Shown: positions 43,532 through 57,418, counted from the first letter of the stretch. The stretch is 64,000 bases of DNA from Chrysomallon squamiferum (GCA_012295275.1 CM022665.1:5518001-5582000); one strand, 5' to 3'. Notes: generated by a model from the sequence alone, not told the origin. Made by a program: numbers and translations.

Positions 43532-45931
43532 TACTTACTTTTGAATGCATTGTGAAGACATGTAAAAATCGAAGTAACCAAATGCTATACGAGGGATTCA
43601 TTCCGAAATGTGTGTCTCTGTGTTTGAGAGCAATAAAACACAGACAGAAGAGCATAAACAAAACAAGGCAGACACACGGACTCAGACAGATAAGAGGTTA
43701 GAGAAAAGAGGTAAATAAATAAATAAATTTATAAAACAGTATTTATAAGTATTCATTACATATGCTTACGGCAGCTTTTCTTTTTCCTGTCATCATTTTA
43801 AAATGTTTAGTCTTTGAATTCTGAGTTACAGTTGTATTCTGTGACTGTCAACATTTATTCATTACAAAAATACATAATAAACAAAATCTCCAGTTTGAGT
43901 AATGATTCAGAAAATAAGTAAAAATATTATTATTACAAGAAATGCATAAGACATAATTACGTACTCATTTTCTTTCCATAGTCGCACGTTTTCAGGGATA
44001 CACCGGTAACAGAATATTTTTACATAATACGAGCAAACTCTTTTGTTATAGATCTGTTTACAGTTAGTCGTTGTTGTTGTTGTTGTTTTTAATAGTTAAA
44101 AGTTTCACAAGATCCAGATAAGAATTTGTGACAAATACTTCTTTGTATGTATTGATTCTTTTCTGTCCAAATTTTACATAAAGCATTAACATATTAAAAC
44201 CTACATATACACAACATACCATTCAACACATTCAGTACCTTTCTATTACTGAAAAAACATCGTGTTACAAACTCAAGTTTTGTTTTGTTTTTATCTCTAA
44301 CGATACTGTCAAGTAATACAGTTGTTTCATCACGTGAATTCATCTGGTTGATGACAGGGTATAATCAATAAACATTTCTTTTATTTTCCTTTGATGTTTT
44401 GTCATTCTTTTTACTACCTGTCGTGAAAAAACAAATAATTATTTGTTATACTGACAGAGACGGGAAATTATTTGTCAGAAAAGCTATACTGTGATGGACA
44501 GATACTCCGGACGTATAACTTTGTGGCTTTTCCGGCAGAAGCTTATAATTGCAAATACTAATGATTGCCAAGGGATGTGCATCTGTCTTTTTATTACATT
44601 TTCAACTCTTTTCTTCTTTCTGTTATTTTTTTCTAATTACCATTTTCTTTTCAAAAAAAAAAAAAAAAAAGCTTCTCTTTCTTCTTTTTATTTCATTTGT
44701 TTCCTTGATTCATTATTTATTTATATTTCATTTTGTTTATTTATTTTTTGTTATTATTATTATTATTTTGTCGTCGTTGTTGTTTCATCTGCTCTATAGT
44801 TTGATCTTCACCTTTGGGTTTCTTTTGTTTCTTGTAATTCTATAAAAAAAAAATATATTATTGTATTTATTATTATTGTAATAGCTGTTGTTTTTGTATT
44901 TTGCATTTTTATTTCTATTACTTGTCTGTTATCAGCCAGTGTGTGGATAATTTTATTTTAAGAGTGGAGTGTGTGTTTATAATGATGTCATAATTCATTT
45001 TCTTTCGTAGTAACACTTAATAATTATTTTTGCATTATATGTAGTGATAAAGAGCTGAAAACAGAAGTGACAAACAGTGGAAAGACAATGAAACTTCGAC
45101 AGACGGATAGATCGACAAGAACTTTAAACAAATAGATTTACATTTCGCTATTTACAATAAATTATTTTGCTATTATTTTCGTATCTCTCTCTCTCTCTCT
45201 CTTCTTTTCTCTCTCTCTCTCTCTCTCTCTCTCCTTTCCATTTTTTAATCTTCTTCTTCTTTTTTAATCCATTTTCTCATTTGTTTACTTGATATTTCAC
45301 CTCGGATATAAAAAGAAAAAATGTATATTCAGATTAAATTAGCAGTGACGGGATATGAAGGAATCTACGATTAAAGATGGAGGAACTCGTTAGATGTGTG
45401 CACTCGAGAGACGATCATGTTTTAATCGTTGAGATTTTCTTGCCATCGGCTAAAAAATATTCACTAATGAAGAGTTATATGTTGAAACATTTATTGATCG
45501 AAATAAAAAGAAATGTCAGATAAACTTTAATGTGACGGGTTTGATCACAGACTTTAAAATGCTTCAAAAGAAGAACATAAATTTTGTAACATTATATGTA
45601 TGTATATATGTATGTATGTATGTAGGTAGGTAGGTAGGTAGGTAGGTAGGTAGGTATGTATAAGTGCATATGTGCATATGTGCATATGTGTATAGATATC
45701 AAAAAGAAAATATATTTAAGACCTTTATAATATGAGAAAAAAATCATGAGGTTATATAATGGATTTGTTTTTGTTGTTGTTGTTTTGTTTTTTTTTTTTT
45801 TTTTTTTTTAGGGGGTTTGTGTGTGTGTATGTATGTGTGTGCATGCGTGCTTTCAACTGTGTTGGGGGTTAATTATATTAATATTTAAATATTTTGTATT
45901 ATATTTATTTTATATTTATTTCGAAATATTC

Positions 45932-45976
<45 letters not shown>

Positions 45977-48826
45977 CTTTCTTATTTGGTAATGACATGT
46001 TCATTAATAATTTTTTGATTTACGAATATTTATCCTCAAGCGATACTTCTTCAAAAAACTATTCTGATGTCGATTACAGACGTTTCAATAGATTTTTTTC
46101 CAATTAGAGACAATGACTGATACATGAGCTCAGACAGGTGAGGTGCGCCATTATTGTGGAGGATGCAGTTTTCACGATAAAACGAGTCTCATTGAAAAGG
46201 AGAAGAAAAATTTATGAGGATCGTGTACCGATGCCAAATCACTTTTCCCTGGATCCATATTATGAAGCCCAGAATTCATGCAGCTACAAAGCGTACTAAG
46301 CTGGATTATACAAGCAGTATCATACTTTTTACTTAAACGAAATTATCGCCATCAATATTAGAAGCATCTTAGCATAACCTGCCGCGAGTAATCACTGAAC
46401 AAACAAGATGGCGGTTCTTTAAGTCGTATCGTCTGACAGCGAATGTCGGAGCTCGCTGATCCCGTTTGACAAATAGAAAATTAATACGGCGAATCGATGG
46501 TTTCAAATCAGTCGTGGCGATCTCATCACGGAGGAGTGGTCAGAGGTCCACGGGTGCTGATGTTGACGTGCACAGTCTAGTCTAAGACGACGCCGAACAT
46601 GAAAAACAGTAATTTGCGGTTGGGATTGTATTTCACGTTTGTTGGCTTCCGATTCAGGGGGGGGGGGGAAAAAAAAAAAAAACAAAGAAAGAAAGAAAGA
46701 AAATCTTTCGTATTTTGCTATTACACTTTCTTTTCTTCTTCTTTTCTTTTTTTTTCACAAGAAAACGTCTTCTATCTCTACATTTGCATTTGTTATTGTT
46801 GATGTTGTTTCTTATTGGAAATCATAGGATTTCTTTGAATTGCTATTTATATGGTTTTGGTTGAAAATGTTATGCATAACTGTGTATTTACATATCTGTT
46901 TGTGCAGTGTGTGTACCCAGATTAGTTCTTTCCAATTTCAGCGCTAGTTTCTTGCATTTGCCAAATCAAAGATCACAGAATGTTCTGAATTATTTTTATG
47001 ATTATATTTCTACACAAAAAAGATCCCTTGCTATTAATCGGTATCTACGCTTAATTCTGACTTGCCAGGCCTAGCGAGAATCGGTTCTTTGTCCTCTCTT
47101 AACTCATTTTCTGCGACAGACGCGCCCCTGGATTTGTCAAAGAGCGTCACTGATAAAGGCGTGCTTCACAACAACTTGCTCTGATTAGCACGATAATTTT
47201 TTCTCACTGTTAATTGGTAAAATCGGTTCATCGAACACTAGTCTCAGAACTTTTAATATTAAAATATACCTTCTTGTTATTTATTCTTTATAACAAAAGG
47301 AAGTTATAATATCGTCAAAATGTATCATCATCATGCCTACAAACCTGTAAAAAAAAGTTCTGTAACATCTAAACAACACACCGAAATACTGTTGTTTAAT
47401 TCTATAGTTGATTATTCAAAAAAGGCAGTTACAATTTCCTTATCGTTGACTCATAATCTAATATGAATTTTTGCAACTAAAAAAGCTGTTACCATTATTA
47501 CTACTACTATTAACATCGGTAGTAGTAATAATGACTGGTATTGCTGTTATTACAACTAGCTTTCGCTACTATTAGTTAAACTACCGCTACTACTACCAAG
47601 GTTACCACTAGGCCTACTGCTGCTAATACTATAATATTATTATTAGGATACAGTTCTACTATCAGAACTATCACTCATTAATAATAATAATAAAATGCCT
47701 GCTGTTTGTAATTCAAAAGAAAAAAAAAATCTTCGAGGAAGAAAACCAGCATCAGTTAAATACGATAATAAATTTTACACCTTCGGTCATCGTCATAGCC
47801 AGTAGAGTTATTTCCCTTCATTCGGTGTACAGTGTTCAGAAATACGTTAAAAATATTTCTAAACAAGATTATTATTTTCAAATCCTATGTATTTAATAAA
47901 TAAATAAATAAGTTATTCTAAAATAGTTTATTCACGTTAATAAACCCGTTTTTCTTTTTCTTTTTTTAAAAATAAATTCGAACTTGAAAAATGTAATGGT
48001 TTTTTTGTTGCTGTTGTCTTAATTTTATATAATAAGACCTATATTAAATTGGTTAGTTTATGAAAAAACTAAAAAAGCACCGTTCAGAAGTAAACAGTTT
48101 TCTTTATTATTAATAATAAAGTAATTGTTTTCAAAACTAGAGACAAAAAGTTTAAATAATTAAGAAGAAATAAACGATGTGAAAATGATTTATCGTCGAA
48201 CAATTTTTGAATCTCTTTCAGGAACAGTTCGATAATTTCAGTAATGGTGACATAATTATCTTGGTAATGTAACATTAAAGAAAAACACAAAAGTCAACAC
48301 CCTCACACATAAATAAAAATATTTAAAAAAAAAAAAAAATGCCTCCACCACCCTCAGCAAAAATAAATATGTGTCCATGTACTTTGATGGATGGATGGAT
48401 GGCACAGTTCAAAAATAGTTTGTCGTAATATTAAATTCTATGCCGATTAGTTAATACTATCTTTAGAATTTTCCAGGGAAGGATGAAATGATTTCTTTTT
48501 GGATATTGTTTTAAATTATTATCTTAAACTGCTATCGTTACTCTTTTTAAGGGTTGCGGGATTGTGACAGCAAAGCGGTTTAACTTCTGAGCACGCAAAT
48601 GTGTCATCCGCTATCTCAGTAAGTCACGCCCTTTGTCAAATGAATACAAACTGATTATTGACAAAACATATTATTTGTAAATATAACTGTATTATGATTC
48701 TCTGTAAATACATTGTAAATATATAGTGTATTGACTACACTGACTAAAATAATAGTTTACATGTTTATGTGTCAATCAATAGCAACACTAAGTACTAAGT
48801 AAGCACATATAAAACGTGGATGTGGC

Positions 48827-48840
48827 GTCGCCATGGTAAC
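48827..48840. promoter_or_regulatory. RFX X-box
   Basis: GTCGCCATGGTAAC matches the X-box consensus GTNRCC-AT-RGYAAC, about 1.64 kb upstream of the EFCAB6-like ATG. Confidence 0.55.
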
Positions 48841-48916
48841 TAAATACGTAGAGGTAGTATTGATCATTAAGTAGTGTAAGCAATATATATATATAGTGCC
48901 GATGTAATATTATATA

Positions 48917-49533
48917 GGCCCCAAGGCTGCAGGTGTTGTGAGGCCCAGACTACAGGAATTGTGAGGCCCCAGACTGTAGGTGTTGTGAGGCCTCAGACTG
49001 TAGGTGTTGTGAGGCCCATACTGTAGGTGTTGTGAGGCCCCAATGTAGGTGCTGAGGTCCATACTGTAGGTGTTCTAAGGCCCCAGACTGTAGGTGCTGT
49101 GAGGTCCATAATGTAGGTGCTGTGAGGCCCATACTATAGGCGTTGTGAGATCCATAATATGTGTTGTGAGACCCATAATATATGTGTTGTGAGACCCATA
49201 CTATAGGTGTTGTGAGACCCATACTATAGGTGTTGTGAGACCCATACTATAGGTGCTGTGAGGTCCATACTGTAGGTGTTGTGAGGCCCCAGATTATAGG
49301 TGCTGTGAGGCCCATACTGTAGGTGTTGTGAGACCCATACTGTAGGTGCTGTGAGGCCCATACTGTAGGTGCTGTGAGGCCCATACTGTAGGTGCTGTGA
49401 GGCCCATACTGACCCATAATAGGTGCTGTGAGGCCCATACTGTAGGTGCTGTGAGACCCATGCTGTAGGTGTGTTGTGAGGTCCATACTGTAGGTGCTGT
49501 GAGACCCCTATACGCGTTGTGAGACCCATACTA
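48917..49533. repeat. 23-bp minisatellite, about 26 copies
   Basis: Unit CTGTAGGTG(T/C)TGTGAG(G/A)CCCATA in tandem, with no unique spacers. Confidence 0.95.
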
Positions 49534-50328
49534 TAATATTTGGAAAAGGCCCAAAAATAAAGAAAAATTAAATTATTTTTCTCTTATCTCTGGAGATAAC
49601 GCAAGCATTACAGCTCATACCTTAATCCGTCTGTGTGTGTAGGTATATGTTTCTGTAAGTAACAGTAGTTGAGCATGAAAGCTATAGGTTTGTGAGTGTG
49701 TGGTTAGAAAAGTGTTTTGTTTTGCTGATCATTTTGTTTTTACAGTCATATATAAATATAAATACACACAAAGAACTATTTACATATACAGAAAAACACA
49801 GACAGATACATACACAGATACATACACACAAACACACAAACACACACAAACACACACACACACACACACATATATATGCAAAACAGCTGTAACAACGCAG
49901 TTATGACTCGAAAGTGCTCTGTTTATACAAAGGTTTATAGTGACGTTGGCTTGTCTGATCCACACTGGCGGTGCTTAAGTAATAAGATCTACGGTTCAAA
50001 AATCGAGCCATTAGTCTAACATGTCCAAACACGACTATTTATTACCACGTGACTCTAACGGTATTCGTACACTCGAGCGCATTTAATACTAAATTCTACT
50101 GTTTTTGTCATACGAGTAAAACGAATTACCTAATAACATTTGTGAAGGTAATTTGTTTGGTGGGTTTTTTTCCCCCTCCCTTTTTTATTCCTTCGGAAGA
50201 TCGTTCGTTTCCACTCACCGTTTAGTAAAAAGGTGTGAGCTATCGATTGGTATTTTACAGTATTTTATACTCAGCTTAATTTCACGGTCGCAGAAGAGGA
50301 TCCTTTTGTGTTATGCTTTGTGTGTTCC

Positions 50329-50341
50329 ATCGCCCAGCAAC
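50329..50341. promoter_or_regulatory. Degenerate proximal X-box
   Basis: ATCGCCCAGCAAC (intact RGCAAC half-site) about 140 bp upstream of the ATG, in a CpG-rich region. Confidence 0.4.
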
Positions 50342-50479
50342 CAGCGAGCAAAGGAAAGACAGTTGAATGGTGGTCAGCGTACAACGACGAAAGGTGTTAG
50401 TTGTAACGAGCGTACGTATTCTCGATCCTGTTAAAGATTTTCAAGAATAAATTTTCTCGACGGTAAGGAGTCGCGCGCG

Positions 50480-50729
50480 ATGGCTTACACCGTACCAAGG
50501 ATTCGCTCCTCGGCCGGGCGCGCGGGGTGGATGCCGGCAGTGGAACACCCGTCCAGCAGGCTGGGGAGGGCGGAGGAGTTGTCGATATGCGGCACCCCCA
50601 CTCCCATCATGAGAAGGGAAAACACAGTGGCGGGTTACCCTGTCTATTACGACCAGGGAAGCAACAGGACGTTGGACGTACATTATATCACAGATGACAA
50701 TTCTCCAAGATTGCTTCAGTACCCACCAG
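50480..50729 (+). CDS. EFCAB6-like: EF-hand calcium-binding domain protein 6-like, exon 1
   Basis: GCGATGG start in CpG-rich DNA; MAYTVPRIRSSAGRAG...LLQYPP; donor CAG|GTATGT, phase 1. Exons 1-14 join into one 655-codon frame without stops. Confidence 0.8.
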
Positions 50730-51624
50730 GTATGTAATATAATATCAAATGTTCAGTACAAATGTAGGATCCGACTACTTGAAGGTGCATGCGTACTTCT
50801 TGAGTGTGAATGTATATGTACACTGATGTGTTCATGTTAATAAGAGAGTGATATAGTGTTTGGGTGTGTCTGTGTGTGTGTGAAAGAGAGAGATAATTTA
50901 TTGCTGAATTACGTTTCTTTACATACAAAGGACAGATATATGATATTTTCGTGCGAATGTTTTTCTTTTCTACACTAATGGCATGTAATACTGAAAATAA
51001 TAATACATGTTCTTGTTTATATGCTATATTTCAGCAACATAAAATAAAAAGTATTAAAAACAATAATACAGTAAACTATAGAATACACTGCGTAAATCCA
51101 GTACTTAGATAATATCAGTATTTAAAATTAATAAAATAAAAAAATAAAAAATAAGTGATTATAAATTATCCAACATAATGATTCATAAATATATAACACC
51201 TCTTGAGTGAGAGAGTGCACTTAGGCTTTTACCACATTTGGAAGGCTTACAATATAAATATGTAAAGTCCATAAATTTTGATTTTAGTAAGTCATGAACT
51301 GTGAATGACATGTAAAGGCCAGTGTAACAAAGTAAAGTGGAGAACCAGCCACTTAAAACGCTGCATGTAACTGATAATATAAGTCTGTATATCTTGATAA
51401 AGGCATGCGGTTTAACAAGGGATTCAACAGGGTTATTTAGTCCTGAAAGAAAATAAAGTGGGTGCAGCTCCCCCCCTTTTGAGAAATTTGTTGTCCGACC
51501 CTGACAGCAATGACTGTTTTTATGACAGTCAGTATTCTAATAAATATAGTTTATTTTTTATTTACTATTTAATAAATAACGTAATGTTTATATTTTAAAG
51601 AAAGAAAACAATTGTTAATAAATA

Positions 51625-51659
<35 letters not shown>

Positions 51660-51723
51660 TTTACTGTAACTAATACAACTTTTTTCTAATAAACAATCAT
51701 ATAGAATAACTGTTTACTTCAGG

Positions 51724-51759
<36 letters not shown>

Positions 51760-52615
51760 ACTCGGAATTTATCAACTGTTATTAGTGTTATGAAATCTCT
51801 ATCTACTGTAACATTGCGTAAAACTGTTTTACTTTCTTTTTAATCTATCTTTCTTTATTTATTTCTTATTTTTCTTTGTTTTCTTTTCTGTATCTTCTTT
51901 TCATTATTTTAAATGTTTTTATTTGTGATATAATCTATTTCATCCCAGTAAAACTCACAACGGTAGTGTCACATCACATCACCTCCTCTTAAGGAAATCG
52001 AAAATCCGCCACCGAATTACAACTGTTTTCGATTCTCGATGTTATCGATTAGTGTTGTTCAGAGCTTTGTTGTTATTTGATCCGTTGTTACCTTGTTGCT
52101 GTAAGCAAAAACCGGTTTTGGCGTCAAAGTCCAGTCTCTTTGTTACTCATTCATTCATACTTTCAGCCAAACTGTATAGACTAATTATCCCTTTTTATAC
52201 AGTCACACAGTTATTAACTTCCAGTTGTGTGATTGTTGTTAGTTGATAGACAAAAAGGTCAAGGACGGTTTCATACATCAGAACATTTTTACTAAATGGA
52301 TTTTTATATTGTATTTGTTTTAATTGTTTCTGTATTCTATATTTATTGTGTGTAATAGAACCAGTATACAAAAAGTATGATAGCTGTACATATGTACTAA
52401 GTAATATACACTGTATTTTTTTTTTTTTTTTTGGTGCGATTCCAAAGCACACACCATAACAACCCCGTAATATTATCCCATGTTTTATTTTATTTTAATT
52501 ATATTCACAGTAAAGCTAATTACCACTTAACTGTTATATTCAGCAAAATCAATATGCTTTTCTCCTTTTCGATCAGCCTATGTACTTTAAAATGAAATAT
52601 AATCAACCGTTTCAG

Positions 52616-52686
52616 AATATCTTCAAAAACCAGGCAGATCCAAAGTCAGATTTCAGGATTCTGAGAAAATTGCAGCAGACGTTGAG
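52616..52686 (+). CDS. EFCAB6-like: EFCAB6-like exon 2
   Basis: TTTCAG|...GAG|GTAAAA, phase 1-0; EYLQKPGRSKVRFQDSEKIAADVE. Confidence 0.75.
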
Positions 52687-52778
52687 GTAAAAACTGATAA
52701 ACTGTTGATTATATTGTTCTTAATTTTATAAACAATAAAAAATAAAAAGGTTCAAGCTTCTTCTCGCAGATTTTGCAT

Positions 52779-53041
<263 letters not shown>

Positions 53042-53132
53042 ACCACTGCTTTACAAGAAGAAGAAGAAAAAAAGAATAAATAATCTTACTTCTGTATTAC
53101 AGAGTATTTAGTTGAATTGTGATTAATTTCAG

Positions 53133-53230
53133 TTGATTGACATGATCCAGGCTAAACTGACCAGCGAGTACTACAGTGTCAAACACATGTTTAGATCAAA
53201 TGATCCCACTGGACAGGGAAACGTTTCCAG
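53133..53230 (+). CDS. EFCAB6-like: EFCAB6-like exon 3 (EF-hand loop)
   Basis: TTTCAG|...AG|GTAAAT, phase 0-2; LIDMIQAKLTSEYYSVKHMFRSNDPTGQGNVS(R). Confidence 0.9.
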
Positions 53231-53717
53231 GTAAATAGCTTTACTTTATTCATCTTAACTTTACAGTAATAGTAGTATTAGTTGTTTTTTTTTGTTTTGT
53301 TATCATGATTTCAGGAGGAGAATGTTTAGGAATACAATAATATTCGCAGCAGCAAAAGTGCCACAAGTAAGGACTGCTGTAGTTATGGAAACAATAATAA
53401 CTAAAGTAACTGATGCTGTTTCTGTTACTACTACGACAACCACTACGATTACTACTACTGCTGCTCTTGCTACTGCTACTTTTACTCGTATTGCTCTCTT
53501 CTACTGTGATATCTATTACCACTACCACAATTACTATTATTACTACTACTTCTTCTACCATTACTACTACTACAATAACTACAAATACAACCACTGCTAC
53601 TAAACCTTTTTTCTATTACTATATCGTTTAACCATCCCCGTATTTTGTTAAGAGTAACACTTGAAATAACATTTTATATATATATATATATTTATTTATT
53701 TATTTTTTTTTTTTTAG

Positions 53718-53792
53718 GGAAGGATTGCTGAAGATTTTATACAGTCTCTGTGGTTACATACGAAAGGAACAATTTGAAAGTCTTCTCAGAAG
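53718..53792 (+). CDS. EFCAB6-like: EFCAB6-like exon 4
   Basis: Poly-T TAG|...AG|GTAATT, phase 2-2; EGLLKILYSLCGYIRKEQFESLLR(R). Confidence 0.9.
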
Positions 53793-53980
53793 GTAATTGA
53801 ATGATATCTTCATGATCGTATGTGTGCATGGGTTAATTTTTGTAAGGTTTAAGATTGTGCAGGGTTTTTGTTAGTATATGTTTACGTATTTTCGAGTGTT
53901 GTATGCGCGCGCGTTTTTGTAGATATATAGGTATGTGTACAGTTTATTTTTATTTATTTATTTATTTATTTATTTTACAG

Positions 53981-54047
53981 ACTTGGTTTGGATAAGCTGA
54001 CTTCAATATCTTTTGACCGATTCATCAGCTGCTTTATGAATTCTGAG
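53981..54047 (+). CDS. EFCAB6-like: EFCAB6-like exon 5
   Basis: TTTTACAG|...GAG|GTAAAT, phase 2-0; LGLDKLTSISFDRFISCFMNSE (degenerate second EF-hand). Confidence 0.9.
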
Positions 54048-54177
54048 GTAAATATATATTTCTTAACTTGATTTCGATTTTATGCGCATAAATACACATG
54101 CTCGCACATGTATAATCACACAGACAACACGCGAAAATATTCGTACACTCTCTGTTCTAAATTTCACTGAGCTTTGT

Positions 54178-54243
<66 letters not shown>

Positions 54244-54426
54244 ACCTTACTCAACACACGCATACAGATGTACAGGTGTACACTTTCGCGCGCTTGCAGA
54301 CACACACACACGTACACACAACGGTACATCAGGCATCTAACGGTCTATGTATTTTGACTGAAGTGTCGTTAAATATATATATTATTTCCTTTATTAAAAT
54401 TAATACTGATTTGTGTTTTGTTATAG

Positions 54427-54539
54427 GTCGTACAGCGGGAATGGGTGAAACCACTACAACGAATTTCTGCATCAGAAAATATTAACTACTGTACACCAGC
54501 ATACGCAATTGCAACATTAAGAGAGAAACTTCAAACAGG
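54427..54539 (+). CDS. EFCAB6-like: EFCAB6-like exon 6
   Basis: TTATAG|...GG|GTAATT, phase 0-2; VVQREWVKPLQRISASENINYCTPAYAIATLREKLQT(G). Confidence 0.85.
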
Positions 54540-54669
54540 GTAATTTTAACACATATCTAAATACACTTTTTTGTGCGTGTGTGTGTGTGTGCGTGTGTGT
54601 GTGTGTGTGTGTGTTTTTTTTTATCATTCAGCATCAAAAAGCTATCTTGTAGCCTGACTGAAATTATAT

Positions 54670-54940
54670 GATAAATTTATTTAATAAACAGTTGTGAATT
54701 CCTTCACTTAAAATAGTGAAAATAAATAGAGAAATCTTTTAATTTCTAAAATTTGTTTTTATAATATTTGAATATGTCTTTAACCTTGTCAAAAGTCTGA
54801 AAATTCCTCTTAAACAATTTTAGAATTTGTCTTTCAAGCTGAAAAAAAAATAAAATAAAAATAAAAATTAAATGCCAAATATTTCTGAAATGTATGAATA
54901 TATATATTTTTAATATGACATTATCTGTACGTGTGTGTGC

Positions 54941-54942
<2 letters not shown>
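54670..54942 (-). repeat. Inverted duplicate of exon 14 and flanking introns (partner about 63730-64000), lying in intron 6
   Basis: Reverse complement aligns to the window end with a few substitutions and small indels; copied exon at 54838-54785 reads LERQILKLFKRNFQTFDK versus LERQVQELFKRNFQTFDK. Confidence 0.95.
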
Positions 54943-55022
<80 letters not shown>

Positions 55023-56400
55023 ATAGTGTTTTGCACATACTTTAATTATCTTCTATTTGTTCATCTGTATGTCAATGAATCGTTTTAAGTGCTTAAATAT
55101 TTGTATTATAATTAGTACATATGGACGTAAATAAAGTGACAAGTTTTACTTATTAGGTTATTATCAGTTTTGAGAGGTAACGAATAATAATACCAATTTA
55201 CAATATGAGCTAGATTTACATTCAAAACCTTAGCTATAAGACGTCTTTTTTTTCTTTTTTTTTTTTTTTTTTTTTTTTTCTTCTCATTTTAACACACTAG
55301 TCATGACTGTTATGAGAACAATAAATAAATAAATAAATAAATACTTGTTTATATGCATACATTTTAAACCATTCTGGAGTAACTATAATTTGCAAGTCAC
55401 AATCGACAAAACGGACATTCACACCCGCCTGTGTGAGACATTGTTTTTTTTTGTTTTGTTTTTTTTTCTTGTCTGATGATCGCCGATATTGTCACTGCCA
55501 TGCCCGTTCTTGTTCTCTGCTTCTTCTGGAAAACCCTCACTACCTTTTTTTTCTAAACACCGTCATTTATCAGGAGCAGAACAGGGACATATTTTATATA
55601 TATATATATATATATCAGTGGCAAGACCATAAAACTTTAAATAAGAAGCGAACCTCATTTTACATTTAATTATATAACTGTTATTTAGACAGACTGACAG
55701 ATAGACAGATAACTTTATGCTTTTCTTTGTCTAAGATTTAATCTTAAAATATGTTCTTCTGCGGCTTTTGTGTACAGATGATAAAAATCTATGAAATTTA
55801 ATGTCAGTCGTTAAGACAGTGCATTGTGCATAATTATGTGATCAATCATTGTGTATGTCTGTTAACAAAAAAGAAAAATCTTCTCAAAGCCGGGTCAAGT
55901 ACTGTTAATATTTTGTGACTCAGTTTTGTTTGTACAGTATACCACACAGCTTGACAACTGTTCAGTTCTGTTAAATAACTGGGATCGAATACTGTGTCGT
56001 AATAAAATATCCTGCATTCGTCTGTCTTTCCCTTACATTAAATAATATTAAAGAAAATAATTATTCTTATTTATTATTATTTTTATTTTTATCTGGAAGA
56101 GGAATTTTTTCATTCTTTATTTTGGTTAGGTTCTTTTTAATATTTATTTCTTATTGTTCTCTTTTATTATCTTACATTTTACCATTTATCTTTGCTCCAA
56201 GTTTGACTGTAACTTGAAACAGTCAATTTAAATGCGCGGGCATTTTCTTATATTTATTTTTGTGGGTTTTTTTGTTGTTGTTTGGAGATTTTTGTGGCGT
56301 TTGCTTTCGTCTTCTTTTTTTTTCTTTTCATTTTTTTTTTTTTTTTTTTTTTTCTTTTGGGTTGGTGTAGTTTTTTTGGGAGAGGTTGTTTGGCTTGTGA

Positions 56401-56462
<62 letters not shown>

Positions 56463-56562
56463 TCTTTCTTCGTTTTATCTCCATATTCGTCTAATATAAT
56501 CACATTAAATAACAGCAGAAAATAGCAAACGGATTAACGTTATGATTTTGTTTGTATTTCAG

Positions 56563-56700
56563 AAAAGTGGACATACACGACTTTCTGCCAGCGGCTTGCT
56601 TTCTGCCGGGTGGTTATGTCGTTCCACCCCAACTAAGAGAAGCGTTGGCACACATAGGACTTCGACTTGACGACATCGACTTTCCAAAACTGTGGCAAAG
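56563..56700 (+). CDS. EFCAB6-like: EFCAB6-like exon 7
   Basis: TATTTCAG|...AG|GTGAGA, phase 2-2; KVDIHDFLPAACFLPGGYVVPPQLREALAHIGLRLDDIDFPKLWQ(R). Confidence 0.9.
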
Positions 56701-57042
56701 GTGAGATAAACAATTATATTAAATCAGCATCCAATTTGCTGTGACCTGGTCGGTCTAAACTATTTCATTGTACAAAAGATTTCACAAAACATAAAAAGTG
56801 ACAGTAACATACAAAAAATGAAGGGGTTAATTAAGCTTTTATACTTTTGAACTTTATTATATACAAAAAAAAAAAAAAAAAGAAAGAAATTGTATCAAAT
56901 TACAAATTAAATAACACTAAATAATGGAATGACTGATTTTTTAATAAATGTGAAATCAAAGTTTGCCGGTGGAATATATATCTGTATTTATAGATTACAC
57001 TTTTGTATCTGGATGTTTCAAGCTGTCAGTAAATATTTCCAG

Positions 57043-57418
57043 ATTTGATCGGCAAAATGTTGGTGCACTACAGACTTCACAGCTGTTTCGTGAACTTGAT
57101 CTGGACGCTAAGGGACAACCAAGATTCGCTGCAGCGCCTTTGAGAAGCGACTCAACTCCCGTAACGCGACACCGTTCTGAAGTTGTGACATCACGTACCG
57201 ATTGGGTTGACAAATACACGCCAGATCTCCGGAACGGAGTCATTAATTTACAACGGACCAAAACAACCTTACACCAAACAGAGAAGAAGGAAGAAACGGC
57301 AGAATCTATAGCAATATCTGGAACCTCTGTGCCAGCTGAACCAAAATATCGACATATCAGAGTAACAGAGCGAAGCCAGCCTAAGTTTGATAACGTAACA
57401 GACCAGCTGCACTACAAG
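57043..57418 (+). CDS. EFCAB6-like: EFCAB6-like exon 8
   Basis: TTTCCAG|...AAG|GTAATT, phase 2-0; FDRQNVGALQTSQLFREL (EF-hand-like) then a linker to ...DQLHYK; lies within ORF 56963-57499. Confidence 0.9.

Noticed and set aside
48917-49533. 23-bp array as a CRISPR array or as coding (minus-strand ORFs)
   Set aside because: Head-to-tail units without unique spacers, no cas genes, eukaryotic context, frame not preserved.
51428-51503. CAGGGT...ACCCTG as hAT-type MITE ends
   Set aside because: Only a 6-bp inverted repeat and no 8-bp target-site duplication.
54746-55036. Minus-strand 96-aa ORF as an independent gene
   Set aside because: It is (CT)n plus the inverted exon-14 duplicate; all three exon changes are non-synonymous, consistent with neutral decay.
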